Assembly: GCA_003599795.1 (NCBI GenBank)
Contig: QZJQ01000007.1
Span: 1 to 58,909, forward strand
Reading direction: 5' to 3'
Length of the DNA: 58,909 nucleotides
DNA from: Nitrospiraceae bacterium
GTDB lineage: Bacteria; Nitrospirota; Thermodesulfovibrionia; Thermodesulfovibrionales; UBA1546
Shown here: positions 50,882 to 58,909 of the stretch, piece by piece
Layout: every line of letters starts with the position of its first letter
How positions within the stretch are numbered: the first letter of the stretch is position 1
Translations under genes and position numbers: made by a program
Notes under the pieces: generated by a model
What the model saw: only the letters and a program-made list of their open reading frames with translations
Database searches by the model: none
What the model was told of the DNA's origin: nothing

Positions 50882-51943
50882 ATGGGCATGAGAAAAAAGT
50901 ATCAAAGTGTCAAAGCGTCAAAGCGTCAAAGCAGCTTCTGCTCTGCTGTTCTGCTGCTCTTCTGCTCTCTACTCATTCTGTCTGCCTGTTCTCCTGCTCA
51001 GGAAACACTCTATAAAAAAACCCGCACTTCTATGTACACCATTGTCTCGATTACTATTTCTTCTGACTCCGAAGAAAAAGCAGAAAAAGCAATTGAGATG
51101 GCATTTAACGAGTTGGACAGGCTCGCAAAGCTTTTAAACTTTTATTCCGAAGACAGCGAAGTATCCGCGATTAACAGAAACGCGGGCAACAGGCCTGTAA
51201 ATGTATCTCAGGAGACATTGGAGATAATAGATAAGGCATTGTACGTGTCGGAAAATACAGAAGGCGGATTTGACATTACAGTCGGGCCATTGGTGCGTTT
51301 GTGGGATTTTCAGAAAAAAATAATTCCTGACGGAGCAACAGTCAAAGAAAAATTAAAATTAGTGGGGTATAAAAATATCATTATAGACAAAAAAGCGTCA
51401 ACGGTCTTTCTTAAAACAAAAGGAATACAGGTAGACCTCGGCGGCATCATAAAGGGTTATGCTGCCGATAAGGCAGTCGGAGTTCTTAAGCAACAGGGCA
51501 TAAGGGCTGGCATAGTCGCGGTTGCAGGAGATATTAAAACCTTCGGTATAAGGCCCGATGGCGGTTTATGGAAGGTGGGGATTCAAAACCCAAGGCAGCA
51601 AACAGATAAAGATGAAATTATGGCAACCGTGGGCCTCTCGGATACAGCTATATCGACATCCGGGGATTACCAGAAATTTTTTATAAAAGACGGCAGAATA
51701 TATCATCACCTTTTAAACCCTAAAACAGGTTATCCTGATAACGAATGCCGCAGCGTAACCATAATAGCAAAGGACGCCGCATTTGCAGACGCCTTTGCGA
51801 CAGGCATATTTATTTTAGGGACGCAGAAAGGCATGGACACTCTGAACCGGCTGGGACTTGATGGAATTATAGTGGACAAAGATGGCAAAATACATGTAAC
51901 ACAAAATCTGCGGAGCAAGGTTGAGTTTAAAAAAGATAAGTAG
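50882..51943 (+). CDS. apbE: FAD:protein FMN transferase lipoprotein
   Basis: LSAC lipobox, FDITVGPL, DLGGIIKGY, STSGDY, YHHLLNP. Confidence 0.92.
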   Translation: MGMRKKYQSVKASKRQSSFCSAVLLLFCSLLILSACSPAQETLYKKTRTSMYTIVSITISSDSEEKAEKAIEMAFNELDRLAKLLNFYSEDSEVSAINRNAGNRPVNVSQETLEIIDKALYVSENTEGGFDITVGPLVRLWDFQKKIIPDGATVKEKLKLVGYKNIIIDKKASTVFLKTKGIQVDLGGIIKGYAADKAVGVLKQQGIRAGIVAVAGDIKTFGIRPDGGLWKVGIQNPRQQTDKDEIMATVGLSDTAISTSGDYQKFFIKDGRIYHHLLNPKTGYPDNECRSVTIIAKDAAFADAFATGIFILGTQKGMDTLNRLGLDGIIVDKDGKIHVTQNLRSKVEFKKDK

Positions 51944-51948
51944 AGCTA

Positions 51949-52470
51949 TTGATGCAATCACAGGATAAATACCGCATAGCCCTGCTCTCAGCTTATGCCA
52001 TTGCAATTCACAGTTTTGAAAACCTTCTGCCGACGCCGATACCATGGCTCAGGCTAGGCATAGCAAACATCATCACTCTTGCAACGCTCGTTCTCTACGG
52101 ATTCAGGGCCGCAATGATGGTAACGCTTATACGGGTGATAATATCCTCCATGTTCATCGGCACATTTCTTGGCCCCGGCTTTATCATGAGCTTTTGCGGA
52201 GGAGTTTCAAGCACAGCGGCAATGGGGCTTGCCTTCTCAATGTTTCCAAGGCTCTTTGGCCCTGTAGGACTCAGCCTAATCGGCGCATTATTCCACAATG
52301 CAGCCCAGCTTTTTATTGCATACGTGTTGTTCGTCCAGCAGATAAAAGCTGTCTTAATAGTAGCGCCTTTTTTGATTTTGTTAGGGACCATCACAGGCGT
52401 TGTGAACGGCATTATAGGAGGCATGCTCATCAAGAATATTTCAGAAAAATCACCCGGCGCATCCGGATGA
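51949..52470 (+). CDS. Gx transporter family (heptaprenyl diphosphate synthase component I-like) membrane protein
   Basis: P.PWLRLGIAN, SLIGALFHN..Q; typical apbE neighbour. Confidence 0.8.
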   Translation: MMQSQDKYRIALLSAYAIAIHSFENLLPTPIPWLRLGIANIITLATLVLYGFRAAMMVTLIRVIISSMFIGTFLGPGFIMSFCGGVSSTAAMGLAFSMFPRLFGPVGLSLIGALFHNAAQLFIAYVLFVQQIKAVLIVAPFLILLGTITGVVNGIIGGMLIKNISEKSPGASG

Positions 52471-53078
52471 TGCGGCTGAATGCTCATAGGGTCTTTGCCG
52501 CAGCTTCTCTTACCGCCGCGGTATCGCATATAGCAGCTGTCCTTGTCGCCGGATTTTTAACGCCTGATTATTCTCTAACTCAGAGGGCCATCAGCGACCT
52601 TGGTATCGCCGGTCAGCCATATGCCTTTCTCGTCAACTATTTCGGCTTCGCCTTGCCGGGTGTTTTTATTCTGTTGGCAGCCCTGTCAGCCCATAAGCCT
52701 TGGGCTTCTGCTTTACCGCCCAAACTTGGGCTGAGGTGCATGGCATGCGCCGGCGTGCTCCTAATTGCCGCAGGTTTCTACCCGTTTCCTTCATTGATTC
52801 ATCTCACTTCTGCTCTTCTCGCCGGGCTCTCGGCATCCATCAGCATCTTCGGGTTCTCTGTCTATATCATGAAGAATAAGGGTTATTCAGTCTTGGCTAT
52901 ATCAGGGTTCACTATCGCAATTCTCATCTTAATGGACGCCGCAACATGGGTTCTGGCTGAGACTCAGCATATCAGGATTCACGATTTCATGGGACTCCAG
53001 CAAAGGCTTGCCGCTTTTTCAGCGTTCATCTGGTTCAGCGCCTTAGCAATCGCATATACACAGAAGCTAAGGCACTAA
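52467..53078 (+). CDS. DUF998 membrane protein
   Basis: PDYS..QRAISDLG, GLQQR; ATGA overlap gives start 52467. Confidence 0.75.
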   Translation: MMRLNAHRVFAAASLTAAVSHIAAVLVAGFLTPDYSLTQRAISDLGIAGQPYAFLVNYFGFALPGVFILLAALSAHKPWASALPPKLGLRCMACAGVLLIAAGFYPFPSLIHLTSALLAGLSASISIFGFSVYIMKNKGYSVLAISGFTIAILILMDAATWVLAETQHIRIHDFMGLQQRLAAFSAFIWFSALAIAYTQKLRH

Positions 53079-53120
53079 AATATCCTTGACATTTACTCCC
53101 CTAATGTTTGACAATTCATT

Positions 53121-54056
53121 ATGACTACTAAAAAAATGAATTTTAAAAAACTACTGCTAATCCTATCAGGCGGCATCATCCCGCTGGGCTTTATTTTTTA
53201 CTCATCTGTTTTTCTGGCAACGACTTCATGCGAACCTCCGGCTTATACACCGCCGCAGGTTTATTACCGCCCGATACCTCAATTCGGCGATTTATATTCA
53301 TTCCCGAAATATAACATACCTGAAGCCAGAAAACCCGGCAGTGCAAATCTGACGGTGGTAATAACAGTCCCTGAATATAAAGACACTGCCACGCAGGAAT
53401 ATGTTGGCGGGGCCAAGGTAGCTGCAGGCGGTCCCATGACGCCTGATATGCGAAAGGTCTTCAAGAGTTTTGCCGGAAGCATGGGTGAGGATATTCAATC
53501 GCAGTTAGTTGCCAAAGGCATGACAACAAAAGGCCCTTTCAGCATGGCTGAGGTTACATACCCTGACAAAAAAGGCTCTGACCTCACAATTTCAACAGGC
53601 GTTATATTTGACATTCATTACAGCGACCCTAAGTTTAAGGAACGGGCAAACTTTGAGGGAGGAATTTCGGGGAATGTTTATACCACCACAATGTCTGTTG
53701 GCATGAAAGTCTTCTTCTATATGCTTGAGCCGATGTCGGAGGAAAAGATGTGGATAAAAAAGCTGGACCTCGGGGTTCAGGATTTTCCGGCTGAGTATGC
53801 TGTGGGACAGGAGCAATATCAAACAGGAACTACTCCGCGTACATCTGATGGTTGCGGGGGTTATTACGGGGGACATCCTACCTACGGTTGGAGAGACAAA
53901 GGCACTCTCTATGATGAAAGGGCCAAGATATTCTCTGATATATTGAAAACAGCTTATCCGCAGGTAATGAAAGCTGCATGGAATTATCTGAACACAGATG
54001 AGATGCTCAACCTGAAAATGAAATCTCAGGAAATCAGGGAGAGGAAGAGATATTAA
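53121..54056 (+). CDS. Hypothetical probable lipoprotein
   Basis: Basic N-terminus, hydrophobic stretch, atypical lipobox LATTSC. Confidence 0.6.
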   Translation: MTTKKMNFKKLLLILSGGIIPLGFIFYSSVFLATTSCEPPAYTPPQVYYRPIPQFGDLYSFPKYNIPEARKPGSANLTVVITVPEYKDTATQEYVGGAKVAAGGPMTPDMRKVFKSFAGSMGEDIQSQLVAKGMTTKGPFSMAEVTYPDKKGSDLTISTGVIFDIHYSDPKFKERANFEGGISGNVYTTTMSVGMKVFFYMLEPMSEEKMWIKKLDLGVQDFPAEYAVGQEQYQTGTTPRTSDGCGGYYGGHPTYGWRDKGTLYDERAKIFSDILKTAYPQVMKAAWNYLNTDEMLNLKMKSQEIRERKRY

Positions 54057-54124
54057 GGACTCATCTCCCTCGAGCCGCTCGGGGGTTCATAACAATATCT
54101 TTTATTTAATATCTTCCATCTGAA

Positions 54125-54964
54125 ATGTTACCTTCTATTTATTTCGGCAGCCTGGAAATTTCTACCTGGCGGCTCGCCGCTCTCGGCAGTGTAGTGATAT
54201 GCTGGATTCTCTTTCTGATACGCTCAAAAAAACTGGGTTATTCATTCTATGCGATTTTCCCGTGGTTATTATTTGCCCTGCCGGTCGGCACCTTAGGGGC
54301 TCATCTTTTTAATAAGCTGATTCCTGTTCTTGCCGGGTCTACTTACAGTCCCTCTAATTCTTTTTCCGGCCTTACCGTAATCGGAAGCATTATATCCATC
54401 CTGATATACAGCCTTCTTTACATCAAGTATGTGATGAAAACTCAGCCCATGCCTCTTATGGATGCGGTTGCCTTTACATTTCCTCTCTCAGTCCTGTTAG
54501 GCCGCATAGGCTGCCTTCTGGCCGGATGCTGTTACGGAAGAACAGCTCCTGAATCAATCGGCGCTTCTTTCCTTTCAGCCTTTACGCTGCCTCTTGATTT
54601 CTATACTCCTGCTTCAGAGGCCGGGCAGGCATATCATGACATGCCCCTTAACACCCTTGTATGGAACCTGCCTTTATTGTTTATGCTTGAGGCTTTTGTT
54701 ATATTAGTGATTACTGAAGCCTTGTATCACAAGCGTGAAAAATGGAACCTGCATCCGGGGACGGTCTTTGCATCAGCAGGCGCCCTGTATTCAGGCGGAC
54801 GGTTTTTTTTAGAGTTTATGAGGAAAGATGAGATGGTCGGCAATACTATTTTTAACGCCTGGCAGCTGGCTACATTGGTTCTCTTTCTGTTTTTTACTTT
54901 CTGGCTTTGCTTCAGCCTGTACAGGAGGCGTCAAAATCTATCGCATAACAAGGGAGGCGTTTAA
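54125..54964 (+). CDS. Divergent prolipoprotein diacylglyceryl transferase (Lgt) family protein
   Basis: GRIGC..AGCCYG and Y..GRF..EF.R motifs, multiple TM; lacks HGG and HPxQLYE. Confidence 0.75.
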   Translation: MLPSIYFGSLEISTWRLAALGSVVICWILFLIRSKKLGYSFYAIFPWLLFALPVGTLGAHLFNKLIPVLAGSTYSPSNSFSGLTVIGSIISILIYSLLYIKYVMKTQPMPLMDAVAFTFPLSVLLGRIGCLLAGCCYGRTAPESIGASFLSAFTLPLDFYTPASEAGQAYHDMPLNTLVWNLPLLFMLEAFVILVITEALYHKREKWNLHPGTVFASAGALYSGGRFFLEFMRKDEMVGNTIFNAWQLATLVLFLFFTFWLCFSLYRRRQNLSHNKGGV

Positions 54965-56494
54965 ATGAGAATAATTTTTATAAATCCAAAGCATCATCCC
55001 CATTCAATGAATTTTCACCATTGCATGGACCTTGTAGGCGTGAAATATTCTCACCTGCCGTTGTCTCTTCCTACGCTGGCAGCGCTGACCCCTGCGGACT
55101 GCAGCGTCGGGCTTATTGATGAAAATGTTGAGGCTGTAAATTTTGAAACCGATGCTGATGTTATTGCCTTGACCGGCTCGGTGCCCCAGAGAAAGAGGGT
55201 TTTTGAATTAGCGGACGAGTACAGAAAGCGCGGAAAATTTGTAGCTATCGGCGGGCCGATCTCATTTGACATGCCTGAAGAATGCAAAGCGCACGCTGAT
55301 ACGGTTTTTATCGGCGAGGCTGAATACACATGGCCTGCGTTCATAGATGATTTCAAGCAAGGGAAACAGAAGAGCCTCTACCATCAAAAAGAATTTATAA
55401 ATATTGACGATTCTCCGGTTCCTCATTTTCATCTGATGAAAACAGGCCAGTACGCAAGCGGATGCATTCAGGTAACGCGGGGATGCCCTTACCGGTGCCA
55501 CTTTTGTGATATTCCCATAAAGTACGGCGGACAGCCACGCTCTAAAAAAATAGAACAGGTTCTCAGCGAAATAAGAATTCTTTCAGAACTCGGCAATGAT
55601 TCGGTATTTATTGTGGACGACAATTTCGCAGGCAACAAACCGTATGCCAAAACCCTGTTGAAAGAGATAGCCGGCCTGCTTCCTTCTCTTCCGACCAAGA
55701 TGTACTTTTATACTCAGGCGGCCCTTGATGTGGCGAACGATGATGAACTGCTGAATTTATTCCGGGCGGCAAATTTTCTCAGGCTGTTCATAGGAATAGA
55801 GACCGGAGATAAAGGCAAACTGAGCGAACTGAACAAGAGACATCAGGTGGATATGGACATAAACCGCGCTGTTGAAAAGATCAAGTCCTACGGCATCACA
55901 GTATGGGCCGGCATCATGTTCGGGCTTGAAAGTGATGACCTGTCGTCTTTTGACAGGCAGCTTGAGTTTATCCGTGATACCAACTTTATCCCTGTACAGG
56001 TAGGACTGCTGCAGGCGCTTCCGGAAACCCCTCTTTACAGGCGCGCTCTGGAGACGAACAGGCTGCTGCAACTCCCCTCCTTACTCGGACTGACAGCGCT
56101 CAGCGAGGAAGAACTCTCCAAGGCAACGAACCTGATTCCGCAGAAGATGAGCGAGGAGGAGCTTGAGAAAAACTTTGCGCGCATCCTGAGAAAAATGTTC
56201 TCGCCGGAATCCTTCAGGCTGAAGATGATTCAGTATATCGGCTCTAACACCAGAAACCTGACATCATCAATGCCTGCCCTCAACCTAAAGACAGCAATGA
56301 TACTGGTGCGCATGCTTTCGTTTTACCTGTTCCGGGCTGACAGCAAAACGCGAAAGATGTTCTTTCATGTGCTTAAGGCTCTCGTGTCTCACAGGCTGCG
56401 GAATCTGGATGAGACTGTTTTCCATCTTCTGGCATACAAACACATGCAAACGCACTACTATAGAATAGCGGCTATCTGTGAATCCAAGAGATGA
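54965..56494 (+). CDS. B12-binding radical SAM protein (HpnP/DUF4070-like)
   Basis: N-terminal cobalamin-binding-like domain, RGCPYRCHFC, FIVDDNF, FIGIET. Confidence 0.88.
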   Translation: MRIIFINPKHHPHSMNFHHCMDLVGVKYSHLPLSLPTLAALTPADCSVGLIDENVEAVNFETDADVIALTGSVPQRKRVFELADEYRKRGKFVAIGGPISFDMPEECKAHADTVFIGEAEYTWPAFIDDFKQGKQKSLYHQKEFINIDDSPVPHFHLMKTGQYASGCIQVTRGCPYRCHFCDIPIKYGGQPRSKKIEQVLSEIRILSELGNDSVFIVDDNFAGNKPYAKTLLKEIAGLLPSLPTKMYFYTQAALDVANDDELLNLFRAANFLRLFIGIETGDKGKLSELNKRHQVDMDINRAVEKIKSYGITVWAGIMFGLESDDLSSFDRQLEFIRDTNFIPVQVGLLQALPETPLYRRALETNRLLQLPSLLGLTALSEEELSKATNLIPQKMSEEELEKNFARILRKMFSPESFRLKMIQYIGSNTRNLTSSMPALNLKTAMILVRMLSFYLFRADSKTRKMFFHVLKALVSHRLRNLDETVFHLLAYKHMQTHYYRIAAICESKR

Positions 56495-58002
56495 AAATAT
56501 GCCTTATCAACCCGCGCTTGCCGCTTTCACTGTGGGATTTTTCTTATTCCAGAGACCTTGACGGCAATGCTTTTCCCTTCCCGCCGTTATCGCTTTCTAC
56601 CTTAGCCGCTTTAACTCCGGAGAAACATGAAGTCCTCATATGCGACGAAAATGTCAAGCCTGTTGATTTTGACACAGATGTTGATATAGTCGGCATTACT
56701 GGCTACCACATCCAGAAAGAGCGGGTTTATCAACTGGCAGACTCATTCCGCAGCAAAGGAAAAACTGTGGCCCTCGGAGGGCCCTTCGTCCAAAAATCAA
56801 ATCTTGACGAGTGTGCAGAACATGCCGATGTTGTTTTTCTGGGAGAGGCTGAATATACATGGCCGTCATTCATACGCGATTTTCAATCAGGCAATACTAA
56901 ATCTTTATATGCGCAGGAAGAATTTGTGGATTTAACAGCTTCCCCTGCTCCCCGCTTTGACCTGCTTGAGCTTTCGGCATATTCAACGGCAATCATTGAA
57001 ACATCGCGCGGCTGTCCGCATTCGTGCGAGTTCTGCGAAATACCGATTCGCCTTGGCAAGCGGCCCCGGAATAAATCAGCGGAACAGGTGATGACAGAGA
57101 TTCGCAGCCTATACGCACTGGGCGCAGATTCCATTTTTATCATTGATGACAACTTCTTCGGGAATCGTAAAAGGGCCTTAGAGCTTCTTTCTGAAATCGA
57201 GCGTTTTGTCAAATCCATTGACTACCGGCTTTATTTCAGCTGCCAGTTCACAATAGATATTTCGCGTGACGAAGAGATTCTGTCTCTCATGAACAGGGCC
57301 AATTTCAGGCGCGTGTTTGTCGGCATAGAGACTCCGCGTAAACTCAGCCTGACAATGGCAGGAAAAAACCAGAACACCAATGTAGACCTGCTGGATGCTG
57401 TTCAGCGCATTCAATCAAACAACATAATCGTGTGGGGAGCTTTTATTGTAGGCTTTGACGCTGATGACACTAATATATTCAATGAGCAGCTAAGGTTTAT
57501 ACATGCAGCGTCAATCCCCGTTGCCATGGTTGGAATACTTCAGGCAATTCCCGGAACACCGCTGTACGAGCGCATCAGGCAAGAAGGCAGATTAAGGGAC
57601 AATGAAGAAGGCGGCATAAGAGGGGCTGTTAATAGCCTTATACGAACAAACATCGCACCGCTTAATATGGGCCTTGAAGAGCTTGCCAATGGATATGGAT
57701 TTCTGGTCCGGAATTTATACAGTTATGATAATTTTGCCGAAAGGCTGATAAATGCCGTTAAACTCGGTAAAAAGCATGGAGTCAAAGGCCGGGCAAAAAT
57801 CAGTAAAAAGGGGATCCTGACCTTGCTTCGTCTTTTTAAATATTACGTTTTATCAACCGACCTGCGCAGAATTTATATGTTCATGCGGATTATCGCTCAA
57901 ACGCTCCTGCACAACCCTCAGCATGTGCAAACCGTGCTCATGCACCTCGTCGTATACAAACATCTTAAGCTATTCTATGAACATGGGACATCTTCCAATT
58001 GA
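56491..58002 (+). CDS. B12-binding radical SAM protein (paralog)
   Basis: RGCPHSCEFC, FIIDDNF, FVGIETP, FIVGFD. Confidence 0.88.
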   Translation: MKICLINPRLPLSLWDFSYSRDLDGNAFPFPPLSLSTLAALTPEKHEVLICDENVKPVDFDTDVDIVGITGYHIQKERVYQLADSFRSKGKTVALGGPFVQKSNLDECAEHADVVFLGEAEYTWPSFIRDFQSGNTKSLYAQEEFVDLTASPAPRFDLLELSAYSTAIIETSRGCPHSCEFCEIPIRLGKRPRNKSAEQVMTEIRSLYALGADSIFIIDDNFFGNRKRALELLSEIERFVKSIDYRLYFSCQFTIDISRDEEILSLMNRANFRRVFVGIETPRKLSLTMAGKNQNTNVDLLDAVQRIQSNNIIVWGAFIVGFDADDTNIFNEQLRFIHAASIPVAMVGILQAIPGTPLYERIRQEGRLRDNEEGGIRGAVNSLIRTNIAPLNMGLEELANGYGFLVRNLYSYDNFAERLINAVKLGKKHGVKGRAKISKKGILTLLRLFKYYVLSTDLRRIYMFMRIIAQTLLHNPQHVQTVLMHLVVYKHLKLFYEHGTSSN

Positions 58003-58054
58003 TTTTGCTTCCTGCGCGCAGTATTATATTTCTAAAGGATGATAAGGAGAAACA

Positions 58055-58528
58055 ATGCTGACAGCTAAAGACATAATGACAAAGAATGTGACAACAGTTA
58101 ACGCATCAACCACAATAGAAGAACTGGCACGGATACTCATGGAACTTAAAATCAGCGGCGTGCCGGTTGTAGATGATAATGAAAACTTAATCGGCATAGT
58201 CACGGAAAACGACCTTATAAGCCGGGACAAAAGGCTTCACATTCCTACTGTGATGAGGCTTTTTGACGCATTCATTGTCCTTGAAAGCCAAAGCAAGATA
58301 GAAAAAGAGATTAAAAGGATGACAGCAATTACAGTGAATGACATCTATACAAAAGATGCCATAACTGTTGCTGAAGGCACGCCTGTTCAGGACATCGCCA
58401 CCATAATGTCTGAAAAAAAGGTTCACCTTATCCCTGTTGTTGAGGGGAAAAATGAGAAAAAAATTATCGGCATAATCGGCAAGATAGACTTAATCAAAGG
58501 GATAATTCGCCCCGGCGAATCCGCTTGA
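58055..58528 (+). CDS. CBS domain protein
   Basis: AKDIMT, ISGVPVVD, GIVTENDL tandem CBS. Confidence 0.88.
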   Translation: MLTAKDIMTKNVTTVNASTTIEELARILMELKISGVPVVDDNENLIGIVTENDLISRDKRLHIPTVMRLFDAFIVLESQSKIEKEIKRMTAITVNDIYTKDAITVAEGTPVQDIATIMSEKKVHLIPVVEGKNEKKIIGIIGKIDLIKGIIRPGESA

Positions 58529-58584
58529 GGCGGACAGGCAGCGCACAATAAAAACATCTTCTGTTATAATTATTTAATAAAAAA

Positions 58585-58909
58585 ATGAGCGACCTTTATG
58601 ATGTGATAATTATAGGCGGAGGCCCAGCAGGGCTTTCAGCAGCGCAGTATGCAGCAAGGGCAAAACTAAAGACAATTGTCCTTGATAAATCCAGAACCGC
58701 AGGCGCCCTTGCGTTCGCGCACAAGATAGAAAATTACCCGGGCCTTTCAGCGCCACTGACGGGAAAAGAACTGCTTGATATATTCAGAAAGCAGGCGATT
58801 GATTTCGGAGCCGAATACGTTGAGGTTCAGGTTATAGGAGTGAATCTCAGCAGCAATGCAAAAGAAGTCTTTACGATGGATAAGAACTACAGCGGCAAGA
58901 CCGTAATCA
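58585..58909 (+). CDS. trxB: Thioredoxin reductase-like FAD oxidoreductase (partial, runs off the window)
   Basis: MSDLYDVIIIGGGPAGLSAAQYAAR...IENYPG. Confidence 0.8.
   Translation, partial: MSDLYDVIIIGGGPAGLSAAQYAARAKLKTIVLDKSRTAGALAFAHKIENYPGLSAPLTGKELLDIFRKQAIDFGAEYVEVQVIGVNLSSNAKEVFTMDKNYSGKTVI

Noticed and set aside
52044-52466. N-terminal extension of the DUF998 ORF
   Set aside because: Overlaps the Gx transporter in another frame; ATGA coupling supports 52467
54066-54086. Hairpin after the lipoprotein gene as a terminator
   Set aside because: Imperfect stem and no clear U tract
1-58909. tRNA/rRNA genes, transposases, integrase
   Set aside because: None recognised by eye; a covariance-model scan was not possible

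Overview
Bacterial chromosome window of moderate GC. Protein style and gene order suggest an anaerobic Nitrospirota/Deltaproteobacteria-like organism (inference). The housekeeping backbone is a CHASE2 Ser/Thr kinase-PP2C-FHA operon, M16 peptidase-pnp-rpsO, argH, panB, msrAB, a CNNM/CorC protein, an IDH-family gene with a Re-citrate-synthase-like gene, yebC, an NtrC-type regulator, mtnP and a complete dcw cluster (mraZ to ftsZ) with an extra D,D-carboxypeptidase. An accessory zone (about 39.8-48.3 kb) holds toxin-antitoxin modules, a DEAD-box helicase and an integron-type cassette array with two clear attC sites, an attI-like site and a Pc-like promoter but no integrase in the window. It is followed by uvrA, apbE, a lipoprotein + divergent Lgt + two B12 radical SAM operon, a CBS protein and a partial trxB. 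Three features stand out. (1) Many 7-8 bp tandem arrays and 12-33 bp palindromes sit between genes and in frame inside core genes (murD x4, ddl, murE, rsmH with a 6-bp target duplication, uvrA x2, ftsA, pnp), and they supply the signal peptides of three exported proteins. (2) The integrase-less integron has an AbiEii-type module where intI would be. (3) The Lgt/radical SAM operon is a candidate new lipid or lipoprotein modification system. No database searches were run; family calls rest on recognised motifs.
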